DNA of 64,000 bases from contig NC_133618.1 in the NCBI RefSeq assembly GCF_048593235.1, positions 528,398,465 through 528,462,464 of the forward strand. The letters are read 5' to 3'. This DNA comes from Sminthopsis crassicaudata (lineage: Eukaryota). Made by a program: the position numbers and the translations under genes. This document shows positions 13,675-27,539 of this stretch, piece by piece. The notes below the pieces were generated by a model. The model had not been told where the DNA came from. It saw only the letters and a program-made list of their open reading frames with translations, and made no database searches. The stretch's first letter is position 1; every line of letters begins with the position of its first letter.

Positions 13675-13870
13675 AATAATAGCTAGAATTTATATAGTGC
13701 TTGAAGGATGACAGATTCCTTTACACAATCTCACTTGATCATCACAACTATCATGGGAGGTAAGTGCTATTATTACTCTCATTTACAGGAAATTAAGCCT
13801 GAGATCAAGTGACCTGAGGCAGGATTTGAACTGAGCTCTTTCTTCTTGACTCTAAATCCACTAATGAGCA
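13675..13870 (-). mobile_element. MIR
   Basis: gctagaatttatatagtgctt...aggtaagtgctattattactctcatttacaggaaattaagc. Confidence 0.7.
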
Positions 13871-14924
13871 AAAACAGCATTATTCCAATATGTAGTAAGC
13901 CATTTTTTTACAATTCAAATCAATAGAGATTTATTAAGTATTCTATTTAATTGGCTTTTTGATGAGTATTGGCAACATAAAATCAGAAACAAAATAGCCC
14001 CTTTCCGCTAGTATATTATTGAGTGGGAAGAATATATCAAAAATACTGAAATGGGAACTATGATCTTATTATATGGCCTGACTTCACTCTCCCAGGGTCA
14101 GGAAGCCTGCACCTGATTCCCAGGGCTCGAAGTCCTTTGTAGATGCCTTTTTCCCCTCATTGGTTTGAGTCCTCCCCTCTGGGGTGTGCATAGGGAGGGA
14201 GGTGCAGCACAGCTTCATTTAACCACTCAACACTGCAGACTAACAAGTACAAATGTATCAACATTCCCCACCTCAAGCTCTGGGGGGAGGGGCTATAATG
14301 CCCTACACCCCCATTCAGTTTATGTCATCCATGGGTGGTTCTTGTAATCCCTTCAAATGCTCACCCTCTGCTCCTTGGGTCATCACTGCTAGGCTGCCTT
14401 TAATCCCCGTCTGTACCACTGTATTCTTGTCTCCGAGTCCCAGGCTTTGAAATTTTTAATGTTAGAAACCTTATTCCAGAGATGTAGGGGAAAAAATCAT
14501 GGTCAAAAGGCCAAAGACTCAGGTCAGTTTATTATGGGGTCTCAGGAAGGGAAGCCTCATTGTCTTTTCCTCTTATAGCATGAATGAGCAGAGAAACCAC
14601 TTCAATTGCAGCACCTAGCTGGCACTTAAGTTTTATGACTGACTAGTCACTTATTCCCTTCTAATATTCACATTAAAGAAGTTCTCACTGTGTGCACACA
14701 TTTTCATATATTTTATATAAATGAAAATGTGAACATATGGATCAATAAATATTGTCTTCTTGCCAACTGTTTTGAACAATATAAAATCCAATTTTCTCCC
14801 CTCACTCTTTAGTATTTTCCTTCAATAAATTGAGGAATCAATTTCTCAGTCCTGAAAATTATCCAACAGCATGGACATGGACCTTCTCTGCATTTTTATT
14901 ATTATTTTTATTTGTTTTTCAAGT

Positions 14925-15325
14925 GTCCAGCTCTTCCATGACCCCACCTTTTTTTTTTTAATTTGGCAATATTGGAGTAGCTTGCCATTCCCTTCTCCAG
15001 CTCAGATACTTATCTGAGGCCAGATTTGTCTCCGGATGAGGAGTCTTCCTGACTACAGGACCTTTACTCTATCCACTGTACCCTAAATAGTGGTGGTGTT
15101 CTGTCTTGTCCTACTCTGTGACCCCATTTTGGGTTTTCTTGGCAGAGTTACTGGAATGATTTGCTGTTTTCTTCTGTAGCTCATTTTATAAATAAGGAAA
15201 CTGAGGCAAGCAGGGTTAAGGGATTTGCCCAAAAGTCACACAGCTAGTACCTGAGAACCAGATTTGAACTCAGGAAAATCAGATTTCCTGGCTTCAGGCC
15301 TCATACTCTGTCCACTACCCTACTT
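14925..15325 (-). mobile_element. Two adjacent MAR1-like SINE fragments
   Basis: Two copies of the ttggca...ctggagt..cttgccatt(c/t)ccttctccagctca motif, each followed by SINE core or head sequence. Confidence 0.7.
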
Positions 15326-15479
15326 ATAGCTGGTTCTTTGTTCATTTGCTTTTCACATCACTGTTTTCCTCAGATCCATTTTCAATCCCTACATAATGCA
15401 TTCAAGACTGTGATAATAGAATATAACTATAATACTTTATTAACTTAATAGGAAAGACTGTTATTAACATTCTTTGCAT

Positions 15480-18400
15480 TCTTTTTCTTTCCCTCCCACC
15501 CCACCATTTTCTGCCTTCCAGTTTTATCATCATATGCTCTTGGGAAGACTATTTAGTTGGAGTATTTAACCAAGCTTTCCTTTCCCCGCCCTCCCCCCAC
15601 TTAGATTTTTTTTTTAAAGCTAGATTTTAAAATTTATTTACTTAAAATCTATAAACAATAGCAATTAAACATATGAAGAATAAAAAGGAGAATTTTATAT
15701 GAAAATGAACTTATACCATGTGTTGTTTTAAAAAATAAAAAAATAAATTGAATGTGGTAATCGTAACAAAACTATCCTTTTTGTCTGTTTTCATCTGAGC
15801 TACCTTTGATGTCTTTGTTGTATTTTTTATTTTTAAAACTTATTTCCAATTCCAAATTCTCCTTCCTTTCCTTCTCTCCCATCCACTAAGAAGGCTAGGA
15901 ATATGATATTATATATGTGAAATCATGCAAAACAAAATTTTACATTAAGGCATCTTGCAAAACAAATATTCCAAAGAAAATTTTAAAAGTGAAAAAAAGT
16001 TTAAATTGGCATATCAGTTCTTTTTTTTTTGGAAGCATTTATCATAAACCTTGGAATTATCATGGATCATTGTATTAAACAAGATAGATCATAATTACAA
16101 TATTGTTCTTACTATGTATTCTCCTGGTTCTGCTCAATTTATTTTGCATCTGTTTGTATACTTTCTCTTCTGAAACCATCCCCTTGATTGCTTCTGAAAG
16201 CTTAACAGTATCCTATCATAGACATATATGACATTTTGTTCATATATATTTCCCAGTTGATTGGATTCCCCCCAAAATTTATAGTTTTCTTATCACAAAA
16301 AATAACTGATATATTTTTGTAGAAATTGATGCTTTTCTTTTTCCTTTGGTCTCTTTGGGATACACTTCTAGTGGGGTATTTCTGGGTTTTAGCCCTTTGA
16401 GCATAATTTATAAATTATTCTCCAGAATGGTTGGATCATTTCACAGATCTACCAACAGTGCATTAGTGTAACTGTTTTCCAACATACCCTCTTAGCAATA
16501 GTAACTTTCCTTTACTATCGGTGTTTTTCAGAGATGAGAAATTTAACAGAGAAACTCACTGTAAATGCTGCCCCCTTCCAATTACCTTGTAATTTTAATG
16601 ACATTAAAATCTTTTTAATTTGATAGAATTTTTCTATTTTATCTCCCACACACGATTATGTACTCATCTCTTATTATCCATAGATTTGACAGCTAATATT
16701 TTTTCATGCTCCCCTAATTTGATGTCACTTTTTTCTTTTCCTTTTTCTCACTCTTTATGTCTAAATCATGTACCCATTTTCAACTTATCATGGTATATAA
16801 TGTGAGATGTTGGTCTATGCCTAGTTTTTTGCTAGTTTTCCCAGGTATTTAATTCATGCCCCAAAAGATTGGTTGAATTTTTCCAAACACTAGATTATTA
16901 TGATCATTTACTTTTGTGTATTGTGTATCTAATCTATTCATTGATTAACCATTCTATCTAGTGCAGATTGCTTTAAAGATTATTGCTCTATAGTATAGTT
17001 TGAAGTCTAGTTCTAGACCTTTTGTTCTTCTGGATAAATTTTGACATTTTCCCCTCTAGCTCTATGAAATCATTCTTAGGAAGTTTGGTTTGGCATTGAA
17101 TAAGTAAACTAATTTAGTATGTCATTCTTATTATATTGGTTTAGCCTCCTCATGAATAATTAATATTTGTCAACTTAGATTGTGTAAAAAATGTTTTGTA
17201 ATGGTATTCATATAGTCCTTGGGTATATCTTGGCAGGTAGAATTGCAAATATTTCATGCTGCCTGCAATTTTAAAAAGAATTTATCTATTTCTTCCAGCT
17301 GCATTTTGTTGGTAATATACAGAAATGCTGATGATATATATATATATATGTTTATGTCCTGAAACTTTCCTAGTGTAGCCGATTGTTTCAATTAATTTTT
17401 CAGTTGGTTCTCCCAGGAATTCTACTATATCATATCACCTGCAAAAAATGAGTTTTGTTCCATTTCCTATTCTTATTCCTTCAAATTTTTTCTTGACTCA
17501 TTGCTATTGCTAGCATTTCTGGTTAAATAATGGGAATAATGAACATCATTGCTTCATTCCTAATCTTATTGGAAAGGCTTCTAGCTTATCTCCTTTAAAA
17601 TAATGCTTGTTCTTGAATTCAGACTACTAATCATTTTAAGAGAAGCTTCATTTATTTGGATGCTTTCTAGCATATTTAATTGGAATTGTTGTATTTTATT
17701 ATTAAAGTGCTATTAATATAATAATTTCATTTTTTGTTCTTCCTAATGAAAATCAATTATACTTTTGCTTTTCCTAATATTAAACTATCCTGAATTCCTG
17801 GTATAATTTCTGCCTGATCATAGTGTATAATCTTTATGGCATACTGCTGTAGTTTTCTAACTAGTCTTTCATTTTTTATATCAACATTCATTAGGAAAAT
17901 TGGTTTAGTTTTTCACTTTGTTTTTGCTTTCCCTGACTTGGTATCAAAACCATGTCTGTGTCATAGAAGGAATTTGATGGGACTTGTAATCTATATTTTG
18001 GACTTATTCTGTCAATGTTGGGTGGAATTCACTTATAAACCCATCTGGTCCTGAGAAATTTTTCTTAGAACTTATTTTTGGCATTTTGAATTTTCTGTTC
18101 TAAGATATGGTTATTCAAGTATTCTATTTTCTATTAATTTTGGCACTTTATGTTTTCATAAATATTCACCTATTTCACTTAGATTGTCAGTTTTATTGGC
18201 ACATAATTGGGCAACACAGCTCAATAATTGCTTTAATTTTTCTCATTATTGGTTATACATTTATTCTTTTCATTTTCTTTCTTTTTTTTCCCCTGAGGCT
18301 GGGGTTAAGTGACTTGCCCAGGGTCACACAGCTAGGAAGTGTTAAGTGTCTGAGACCAAATTTGAACTCTGGTCCTCCTGAATTCAGGGCTGGTGCTCTA

Positions 18401-19145
18401 TCCACTGTGCCACCTGGATGCCCCCTATTCTTTTCATTTTCAGCACTGGTAATCTAATTTTCTTTTAAAAATCAAATTAACCAATGGCTTATTTTTTTTC
18501 CCCTTGCCATAAACATCTCCTAGTTTTATTAGTTCATTGGCTTTTATTTTTTCAATTTCATTAATCTTTTTTTTTTCAACATTTCTATTTTGCTGTTTAA
18601 ATTTGGAATTTTTTTTTAAATTGCATGCCTAAACATTGATCTGCTCTTTCTCTCTTTTTATTGATATGTTTAGATATATAAATTTTCCCCTAAGTACTGC
18701 TTTGCATCCCACTACCTTGGTGTTTTTACTTTTTCATCTTTAAATTATTGCTTCTACAATTTATTCTTTGATCTACTCATTCTCTAGGATTTTTTATTTT
18801 CTGATTTTTAATCTGTGCTTCAAAGACCCTTTATAAAGTACATTTTATGGTATTATATATTTAAAGAATGCATTTAATATTTCTGCTTTTCTGAATTCAT
18901 CTCTAAGATGAGGCTTAATTTTTGTGAAGGTGCCATATACAGCTGAGAAAAAGGTATGTTTCTTTTAATTCTCATTCAATTTTCTCCAAAGGGCTATCAT
19001 TTCCAATTTTCTATTCATCTTATCTATTTTTCTTATTATTCTTAGTCAGAGTAGGTGAGTATGTAAATGGAGGTTCCTCACTATTATAATTTTTACTATT
19101 TCCTTCTATAATTCAAGATCTGTTTTGCTTCTTACTATTGAGTCT
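15480..19145 (-). mobile_element. Long decayed L1 (ORF2 plus 3' UTR, internally deleted)
   Basis: T-rich plus strand. The minus strand at about 17785-17857 reads KLQQYAIKIIHYDQAEIIPGIQD, compared with L1 RT [23 protein letters not shown]. L1 3' UTR at 15830-16200. Confidence 0.85.
18278..18425 (-). mobile_element. Young WSINE1-like SINE nested in L1, perfect 16-bp TSD
   Basis: TSD tattcttttcattttc at 18262-18277 and 18426-18441. Confidence 0.93.
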
Positions 19146-19668
19146 ATGACTAATCTTTTATTTATATTCAGTGCCATCAGCTGATCTGGGAGTGCTGGTA
19201 GGGCACAAATGGGAAGACAGGAAATTTAAAGTCCTCTTGATTTTTTAAAGCTCACAAGAGCCTCTAGTCTAAATGGGAATTTGAGGGAGGAGTATAGAGA
19301 CCAAAGTGATGTTGAAATGCTCTTCTCCCATCAGTGATTCCTTAGGGGATTGGCTAGAATGGTCTCCATTCAGTGCTTAGTGGACCAAATTATTCTGATA
19401 CTTGTTTGTTTTTAACCTTTAAACCTCTGTTTTCAAAAATAATGACTTTACAGATATATTCAATTAGCTTGAAAGGCCCAATTACAATTAGGATCCTAGA
19501 GGTTTACATTCCCTTATAAATAGACCTTTAGCAATAATCAAAGACACCTAAGTTCCTCATTCTTTTTAACCAATTACAGTGTACAATGATACCAAAGTAT
19601 ATCTCTGATATTATAGTTATTCCTTCTCCAGGAATCCTAACCAAGCTCCTGGACTATGGCTTGCATAT

Positions 19669-19670
<2 letters not shown>

Positions 19671-19700
<30 letters not shown>
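19671..19700. repeat. Poly(T)30 tract
   Basis: Uninterrupted T run. Confidence 0.95.
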
Positions 19701-19702
<2 letters not shown>

Positions 19703-20899
19703 AAACTAGATTACCATTTGCCTTATATGACTGTGTCCAGTCTTAATGCAGATTTCTGAAAATGACATCATAATCACATTTAGCAGTTATTTTAAAATTC
19801 AAGGGCCTGGACCAGGTGACTTTAATTCAAGAGCAAACAGATGCTCTATTATTAGATGTTCTATTATTATTCCCTCACTTAAAACCACCCTTTTCACCAT
19901 CCCCCCATCCTGTTAGCCATCTTTGTTCATTTTTAGGGCAAAGATTTTGGAGAGAAAAGCAAAAGAATTTCAGAAAAAAGTTTTACCTTCTGAGCAATCA
20001 GTGACACTCATTTGTCTCCTTGCCTTTGTTTCTTCTTGCTTGATATATAAACTTGGGGTACTTGGGTATAGATATTTCAGGTGAGGGATTTTGCCTTCTT
20101 CAAACTCTTGTAAAGCTTAATGATTAGTGTTGTTTTTAACTGCAACCACTCTGTGGCACCTAGCTCGTAGTTATATCAAGGCAGATTTCTCCTCTCATCT
20201 TTTTAAATCTAAAGTCATTATCATTTAATTTGTTAGTTATATAGCCAAATATATTTTTACCAGCCTTATTTATGTCAGTGCACTCCATCCTGGCCCAAAA
20301 GGCTCTGCCTTCTCTATTTTATAAGCTGTTACACATCAGATGTTCACTTCTCAAATCATTTTTTCTCTTTTTTGGACCTTGACTTCAATGAACAGTAGTA
20401 ATGAAAGCCTATGTCCTTGTGGTCTTCATAATATTCCAAGACTTCATAATCTTTGCTAATACTTTCAAAGTTACTTTTGGACATAACCAACAAAATGAAG
20501 GATTAAATACCTTCTCCAATCCTCATGCTTTCTCAGGCCTCTCCAAAACAGAAATTACATACAAGAAACAAAGCAATTCCAGCTATTTCCAAGGTTTAAA
20601 ACATTTAAGAACTCTAATGAGGTAACAACCCAATGAATTAACATTTTCGTGTGTTGTCATTCAGTAGTTCCTCTCTCACCAGCTAGTATGCTCTGGTAAG
20701 GCCACAAAATTCCACCCATTAGTTTGCAACAGAACTCAACTTCACTCTTTTCTTTTCCCTGAACTGTAGGAAATGAAAAGTTAGAAGCTTGTTCTACTTG
20801 AGACTGCAGCATGGTACATTATCAAGTCTAAGGAAAAGCTGAGAGGCAACCAGGTGCTGGAGAAGCTGAGGACAATAAAAATAAATTACTCATTGTTGA

Positions 20900-21470
20900 A
20901 GGCTGAGACAGCTCTGGGGTCCAGCCCCACAGGGGAACCTGTCAAAAAAAGGAACAAGTCAGAAAAAGTTCTTGAGTATAAAGCAGTTAAACCAAAATGA
21001 TAGGGAATATGGTCTCCAAATCAGCTAAAAGAGTGCAGGTATCTTTTAATAAATATTTGTAAGACAAAGGAAAAAGACTCAATATCCAATAAAGCAAAGA
21101 ATCTTGTAAATGCTCAACAAAGTATAGAACCATAGCAGGATGTCCCCCAATAAGTTGAGAAATAAGAATGGTAAAAGCAGAATTTCTGGCCTGTCTAGCA
21201 GAAATAATTTGGCAAACTTTACCAAAAAACAAAAGAGAGGTCAAGAGGTTGGAAATATAAATACACAGAAGTGAAGGACAACCAAGAAGAAGCAAAAAGC
21301 AATTAATGTTCAAGATTAAGAAAACATGATCCCTATTAAAAGCAAAACATTCCTTGAAGACGAGGTTTATAGGAACTTACATATCTTCTAGAAAATCACA
21401 AGCCAAATGAGCCCCTTCACGCAAAAAATACAAAAGCCCAGAACTTCTGAACCCTCCAAATATTATACCA
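20900..21470 (+). mobile_element. Probable old L1 ORF1 remnant
   Basis: A-rich plus strand with coiled-coil-like codons and traces of NLRIIGLPENH (aggaacttacatatcttctagaaaatcac) and PELLEP (ccagaacttctgaacc). Confidence 0.45.
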
Positions 21471-21929
21471 TTTGAAAGAATCCACAGATTACCTCCAATG
21501 TTCCTTTGGTTTTTATCACTTGTACCTCTATATGTTACCAGAAGTGAATAATGGTTATCTCATTTGATAGTTTTTAGGAAGTTCTTTCATGTCTTTGATT
21601 CTTGCTCCAAGACTGCCTCAGTCTCCCTTAGGAGAAAAATCATCGACCACCTCCATACTTTTGCCTGTTTCCTCTAACTAGGTGATGTCATGATCCTCCT
21701 CTGAGAATGACAGAGAACCAACCCAATGATCTGTGAGTAGGAGTAGTTGCCCCATTGGGGGCTCCTTCTTTCCTTCCCTCTTCTCCCTCTGCTCACATAG
21801 GGAATTATAGCCTTGCTAATGTATGTATGTATATATATTTATTTATTTATTTTTGGGTTACTGACACCTAGCAAGACATCTAAGAGTTCACAGACTAGAT
21901 TTCTTTTTTAAGGAGCAAGTTTTGAACCC

Positions 21930-22210
21930 AAATTACTCTGGCTTTCATGAATTGGACAAAAAGGTCCCAGTCCAAGTTTCATTTAGTCATTGTTTGGACT
22001 CAAAGTGAATTTAAAAACTCAGAGTGAATTTAAACAGCAACTATTTCTGTTTTATCCAGAAACTCTGAAGGTCTTACCTCAGACTGATTTATTTTTCACT
22101 AGGTAAAAGTCATTCTTTGTCTAATTTCTGACCTAGGCTTAATCACAGAATGGGTGTTGCTTCAATCAAACTGAGACCTTACCTTAAAAACCACTGCATC
22201 TGGGGCCAAT
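21930..22210. mobile_element. Marsupial interspersed repeat fragment (family not assigned)
   Basis: Contains aatgggtgttgcttcaatcaaactgagacc...ccactgcatctggggcc, which I recognise from a common marsupial repeat. Confidence 0.5.
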
Positions 22211-22394
22211 TTGACAGAGATATAATATGAGTATGGAATGTTATATATGTTGTTAGATCCTATTGCTGTTGGGTGATTTGCTTCTTGCTTAATCTTATTT
22301 GTTAAAAGAAAGGCTGACTGTGGAGGAGGGGAGAGATATTTAAAAATAACTGCAATGCAAAAAAAAACCCAAAAGGCATCAATGAGACAATTTT

Positions 22395-22488
22395 TTAAAA
22401 GGGATAATAATGAAAAATTAAAAAAGAAAAAAAGAAAAAAAGAAAAAAAAAAGAAAAAGAAAGAAAGAAAGAAAAAGAAAAAATAAAA
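22395..22488. repeat. A-rich (AAAG)n low-complexity tract
   Basis: Visible A/AAAG array. Confidence 0.85.
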
Positions 22489-22489
22489 C

Positions 22490-22915
22490 CATTAGTTCTC
22501 TAACTATGGCATGTAGATTCTTGAGGATACTTAACATCATTTCAAGGGGTCCAAGAGGTCAAAATCATTTTCAATACTTATGCTGAGAGATTCTTTTTCT
22601 GTTATGACATTCCTTACCAACTCCTTACCGCTTTGAGTTTTTTTACATACTTCAACCAAAATACATTATCACAACACATTCAATACAGAAGCAGATGTAA
22701 GAGCTGCTCTCTTCTACTAAGTCAGATATTAAAAAGATTTGTAAAAGTGTGTTAAACAATGTACTCCCTTTTTTTTTTTTGTTTTGTTTTGGAATTTTTT
22801 TTCATTAAAAAGTTACATTAGGATATATTATTTTAAAATGAATGCATAAATATGTATTTTAATTTCCAATATGTTAAATATCAATAAATATAACCTCTGT
22901 AAACAAAAAGATTAA
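22490..22915 (+). mobile_element. hAT-Charlie (Charlie1-like) non-autonomous DNA transposon relic
   Basis: Degenerate terminus cattagttctctaact (consensus CAGTGGTTCTCAAA). Internal ggggtccaagaggtcaaaatcattttc, cagaagcagatgtaaga...tcttctactaagtcagatattaaaaagatttg and tttaatttccaatatgttaaatatcaataaatataac match Charlie1 as recalled. Confidence 0.75.
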
Positions 22916-22999
22916 GTGGGAGAAATGAGGAAATAGTAGCATTTGCCAGTGATCAGTTCAGATCCTGGATACTTTCTACACTACTAGCTGGTTCTTAAG

Positions 23000-24790
23000 A
23001 CATTGCTCTCATAATTTTCTACCTATAGGATCATATCCTAAGAGTATATCTGATCCTGACATCTCCAGTGAGATGCACCCCAATTTGGCCAAATTTCCTA
23101 TTTAACATGTCAACCTGGGTGTTATAAAAACACTTCTGATACTCAGTATTTCCAAACTGGACCTCATCATCTTTTCTTTTACATACAATTCCTTATCCAA
23201 GATTCTCTATTTCTGGAGAGGGAATAATTTTTTTCGGTCCATCCATCAGGTTTACAACCTAGGGTAATCTAGCTCCCATGGATTCAATCATAATCTCTAT
23301 GCTTCTGATTCTCAGATCCATCCAAACCTAACCTCCTCACATCTCCAAATGCTTGGTGAACACTTCGAACTGGAGTTTCATAAGTACTTCATACTAGGCT
23401 CCAAGACTGAACTGATGACCACATCCTCCCTTCTTAACTTTCTTAGTACTTTGATCTCAAGGCTTCCTCACCCAGATTCCCTCCCTAGGTGTCATTCTCA
23501 CTCTTGCCACGCCCTCCTTTCCTCCACTCCAAACACTTACCAAGTCCTATCTATGTTTCTTTTTAATTTCTCATGTGTTCCCTTCTCTCCTCTGGCACTG
23601 TAAGTACCATAGTGCAGGCTCTCATCATTTCCCACCTGGACCACTGTAAGAGCCCTCTGATTAATCTCCCTGCTTCAAAATTTCCTTCCACTCTAGTCTA
23701 TCCTCCATTCTATCAAATTAAGGAGTGATAATATCACTCTTCTATTCAATAAACCGTAGTGGCTCATTATTAGTTGGTGCTTTACCTTTCTAGTCTTTGG
23801 AGACTTTACTTTCCTATAGATATTTGCAGGGGAATGTCCTTATTGTTCCTGCCACAAGACATTTCATCTTCTAACCTCTAGCACTGTTCACTAGCTGTTA
23901 CTGACACCTCCTGGCCTCCTTCAAGTTTCAACTAAAATCCCTTCTTTTCCCAGTTTTCTTTTTGAGATTATCTCCAATTTATTCTGCCTATATGTTGTCT
24001 CTCCCTTTAAACTGAAGTCTTTGAGAAGAACTGGTTTATTTCTGCCTTTCTTTGTATTTCCAGAAATTAATAGTGTTTGGGAAATAGTAGACACTTAAAA
24101 GTTTGTTCACTGACTTCTTCAGTATTTCCTCCCATATTACAATAAACTGCCAAGTCTTGTCATTCTTACCTCCTTCCTTTCCCCCTCTTCCACTCATAGC
24201 TCAAGTTCATCCTAGTTCAGGCCCTTATCTAAACTGAAGAGATAGCAAAATTGATATTCCTAAAGCACAAATGTAACCATGTCACCACACTGTACAAGGC
24301 CCTCACAATCTGGCTCTAGCTTAACTTTTTATATACAAGTAATGCCCTTTAATGACGCAATTGGGTGGTTACAGTAGAGAGAATGCTCTGAAAGGCATTT
24401 TGAAAGACTGAAGTTTGAATACAGTCTCACTAACTTTGAGACTCTTACTTTACCCAGCTATCTCAAGTTTCCTCAACTTTTAGAATGGAGATAAGGTTGT
24501 TTTGAGACACTAATTGTAAATCACTGCCAGACATAGTAGGTGCTTAGTACTTATTCCCTCCCCACCTTGATACATTCTATATCCTAGCCCAACTGACATA
24601 GAGCTAGCTATTCCTTGTTTACAATATCCTGTCATCTTCTGCATAGCTGTTGTCCTTGCTTTAACTGTTTCCTCCTTGGAGTCAATCTTGGCTACCTTCA
24701 AAGGTAAGTTCATGTGCCATTGCCTACGCCTGCAGTTACCAGCCTTGCCAAATCACTATTTTATCTATCTTTGCATACCCCTTCCCTGCC
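23000..24790 (+). mobile_element. Fragmented L2 with a MIR inserted at about 24355-24545
   Basis: CT-rich L2 motifs (ctagtgcaggctctcatc..tcccacctggaccactgtaagagccctctg; aatagtagacacttaa). Confidence 0.7.
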
Positions 24791-25913
24791 CAGTTATTTG
24801 TGGATCTAGATCCTTAGCAAATAGGCTTATCACCACTGGGGGATGATATATGTTCACAATATATCAACAATCAACAATATATGTTGATTATTATATTTGA
24901 AAAATAAAAACATTCTTTTTATTTAGAATAGACAATATTTTCATTATGTTTCTTCATTTGCTTTTAAAAATTCTAATAGTAATAAATAAAAGTCTTTACT
25001 AAAATTTAAGAGTGTACACAATGAAGAGAAAAACGCAAATATGATAGTTTTTTGAAAAATATAACTTAGGTCATGAATGTACTTACATACTTACAAGTCA
25101 TCAGTTCACTTAGTCATCATTCCAAGTATGCATACATCTATACACACTCTTTCTCTTGGTACACTATGAGCAATTTTAAATCTCCAATCTGTGGGGGAAT
25201 TTAGAAAAATGCTGGAGATCATTTCCACTGTTATAGGTTCCCACTGTAGATTAAGACCTTAGTTCATACAACCCTAACAAAGCAACCCTAAATGAAACCC
25301 ATGTTTCCCCCAAAAGCATTAAGGATATGTATACTTTCAGTAATGAAAATAAATGACAAGAGAACTCTCTAAGTTACTGGAAGTGGCAGAGTCCTTTCAG
25401 GCTTAAGTCTAAAAAAAAGTATTTGGGGTTCGAGTTATGGAAATTATACTCTGGGTTCTTACAAACTATTTTTAACTACCTAAAACTATAAAAGTGAGCA
25501 CCTCCCTCCACAAATTCATGCTAAAAATAGGGGCCTGAAAAAGGGAAAAGAAGAACTTTCAGTTTTCAGATTGCTACTACTGCTAATAACTGTGCTTTAT
25601 GGTTTGCAAAATGTTTCTCTCACAACTGTGCAAAGCAGGTATTGTAATACCAGTATTCTCACTTTATAGATGAGTGTCAATTGAGGATTGGAAAGGTTAA
25701 ATGATTTGTCTATGATCATGTATGTACATCATAAGTATCAAAACCTTGACCTGGACCTATGTGTCTATGACCCTGAATCCAACACTTTTTCCATTATGTC
25801 ACATAGGCCAATGTTTATATAAATCCATCTTTAGGGAGCAGGAAAGACAAAATTAGTCACTAAATTTTAGGGACATAGGATATATTCTGAAATGATAAGA
25901 TATAGAATATAAG

Positions 25914-26054
25914 TTTTTGTTTTTTCCTGAGGCAACTGGGGTTAAGTGACTTGTCCAGCATCACGGAAGTGTTAAGTGTCTGAGGCCAGCTTTGAATGCA
26001 GATCCTCCTGACTTCAGGGCTGGTGCTCTATCCACTGCACCACCTAACTGCTCC
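25914..26054 (-). mobile_element. WSINE1-like SINE
   Basis: Reverse SINE body with a T-rich tail; degraded TSD tagaatataagtttt / tagaaaaagtttt. Confidence 0.88.
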
Positions 26055-26379
26055 TAGAAAAAGTTTTAAAGAACACTAATATCCTTATTCAGCTTCAATT
26101 CTCTTAAGTGAGATGCAATAATCCATGATGAGATAAGGCAGTATTTCTCCTGTGATGTAGTAAAAGCACAATTTCTTACACACTACACTAAAATTTAGTA
26201 AAAAAAAATTCATCATCCAACATAGATTAAAATACAGGATAAAAGAGCCACCAATCAAAAAATTCCATTCCTAAATAGTCTAATGTTAAAAATAGCTGGG
26301 TAACATAGTAACAACAAGATTATGTGATGGATTTGGTTCTTCTCAACAATATAGTGATTCAAGGTAATTCCAACAGACC

Positions 26380-26710
26380 TGGGGGGACAATGCCAATCAT
26401 ATCCAGAGAGAAAACTATTGGAGACTGAAGGTGGATTGAAGCATAGTATTTTCACCTTCTTGTTTGTTTTTTTTCTTCTTCGTGGTTTTTCTTTTTTTTT
26501 GGTCTGATTTTTTTCTTGCACAACATGATAAATATGTAAATATGTTTAAAAGGATAGCATATATTTAACCTATATCACATTGCTTGCTGTTTGAGGAAGG
26601 GAGGAAAGTAAGAAAAGAAGGGAGAAAAAATTGGAACACAAAGTTTTACAAAAATGAATGTTGAAAATTCTGTTTACATGTATTTAAGAAATAAAATTCT
26701 ATTGAGAAAA
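26380..26710 (+). mobile_element. L1 3' end fragment
   Basis: catatccagagagaaaactattggagactgaaggtggattgaagcatagtattttcacc...aaataaaattctattg; same family as 2410-2855. Confidence 0.85.
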
Positions 26711-26840
26711 CCAAACAAAAAAGCTAAAATTAAAAAAATTTAAAAAACTGTTCAACCCTAAACAATGATCTGAAAAATAAAATTACCAACACAACTTTTT
26801 GTTGCAAATATTTACTCAAAAACTAATATGTACAGCAGTG

Positions 26841-26846
26841 TTTAAT
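26841..26846 (-). terminator. Candidate distal polyadenylation signal ATTAAA
   Basis: Plus strand TTTAAT near the end of the unique UTR-like block. Confidence 0.35.
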
Positions 26847-27533
26847 AGTTGTTTAAAACATTCAACATTCATTAAAACAAAATTTAAGAGTTCAAAACAC
26901 ATTCTAAAGGAGTAAAATTGCAGCATTTTTAATGAAGTTTTGTCAGTATTTCAAAGCAAACTACTGTTAATCATATTATGCATTCCTACATCTATGAGTT
27001 CCTAAGACAGTAAAAACAAACAAAAAATCATTTTAGCAGCCATCTTATAGACATTAGGCTAAATTCCTGAAATTGATTTATACATTTCTGCTTTAGGTCC
27101 CCTTTAAGTCTTTGTTTAATGTAAAGAAGTAGTTTTAAAAATGGCTGAATACATGGCAGAACATGTTTCCAGTTCACTGCTTTTCAGTTTCTACATTAAA
27201 CTGTACTTTGGCTTGACTTTACAGACCATTTATGGGTCTACTTACTCCTAACAAAAATCATTAAAACAACAGTAAAGGCAGTAATAGCTACAGTCTTTCC
27301 AGTAATGAATCCTACTTTATACAATTAATACGTCAGGGATTTATGCACAGCTTGCACACTGACAAAAAACACAAATATATATTTTAAGAATTTCACTTTC
27401 ACTGAAAGTTTAATTAAGGTAAGCTTACAGCCTGGGATGCTAACACCTGTATGGAGGTGCATATATTCATATAATTCTGTTTACATGCTTCTGACAGACA
27501 GGAATGTGACATTAAATCCAAAGAAGTTTTACA

Positions 27534-27539
27534 TTTATT
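27534..27539 (-). terminator. Candidate proximal polyadenylation signal AATAAA
   Basis: Plus strand TTTATT, about 550 nt downstream of the stop. Confidence 0.45.

Noticed and set aside
19671-19700. Orphan T30 as a tail-only retroposition event
   Set aside because: The flanks (tgcatatag / gcaaactag) match too poorly to call a TSD; slippage explains it equally well.
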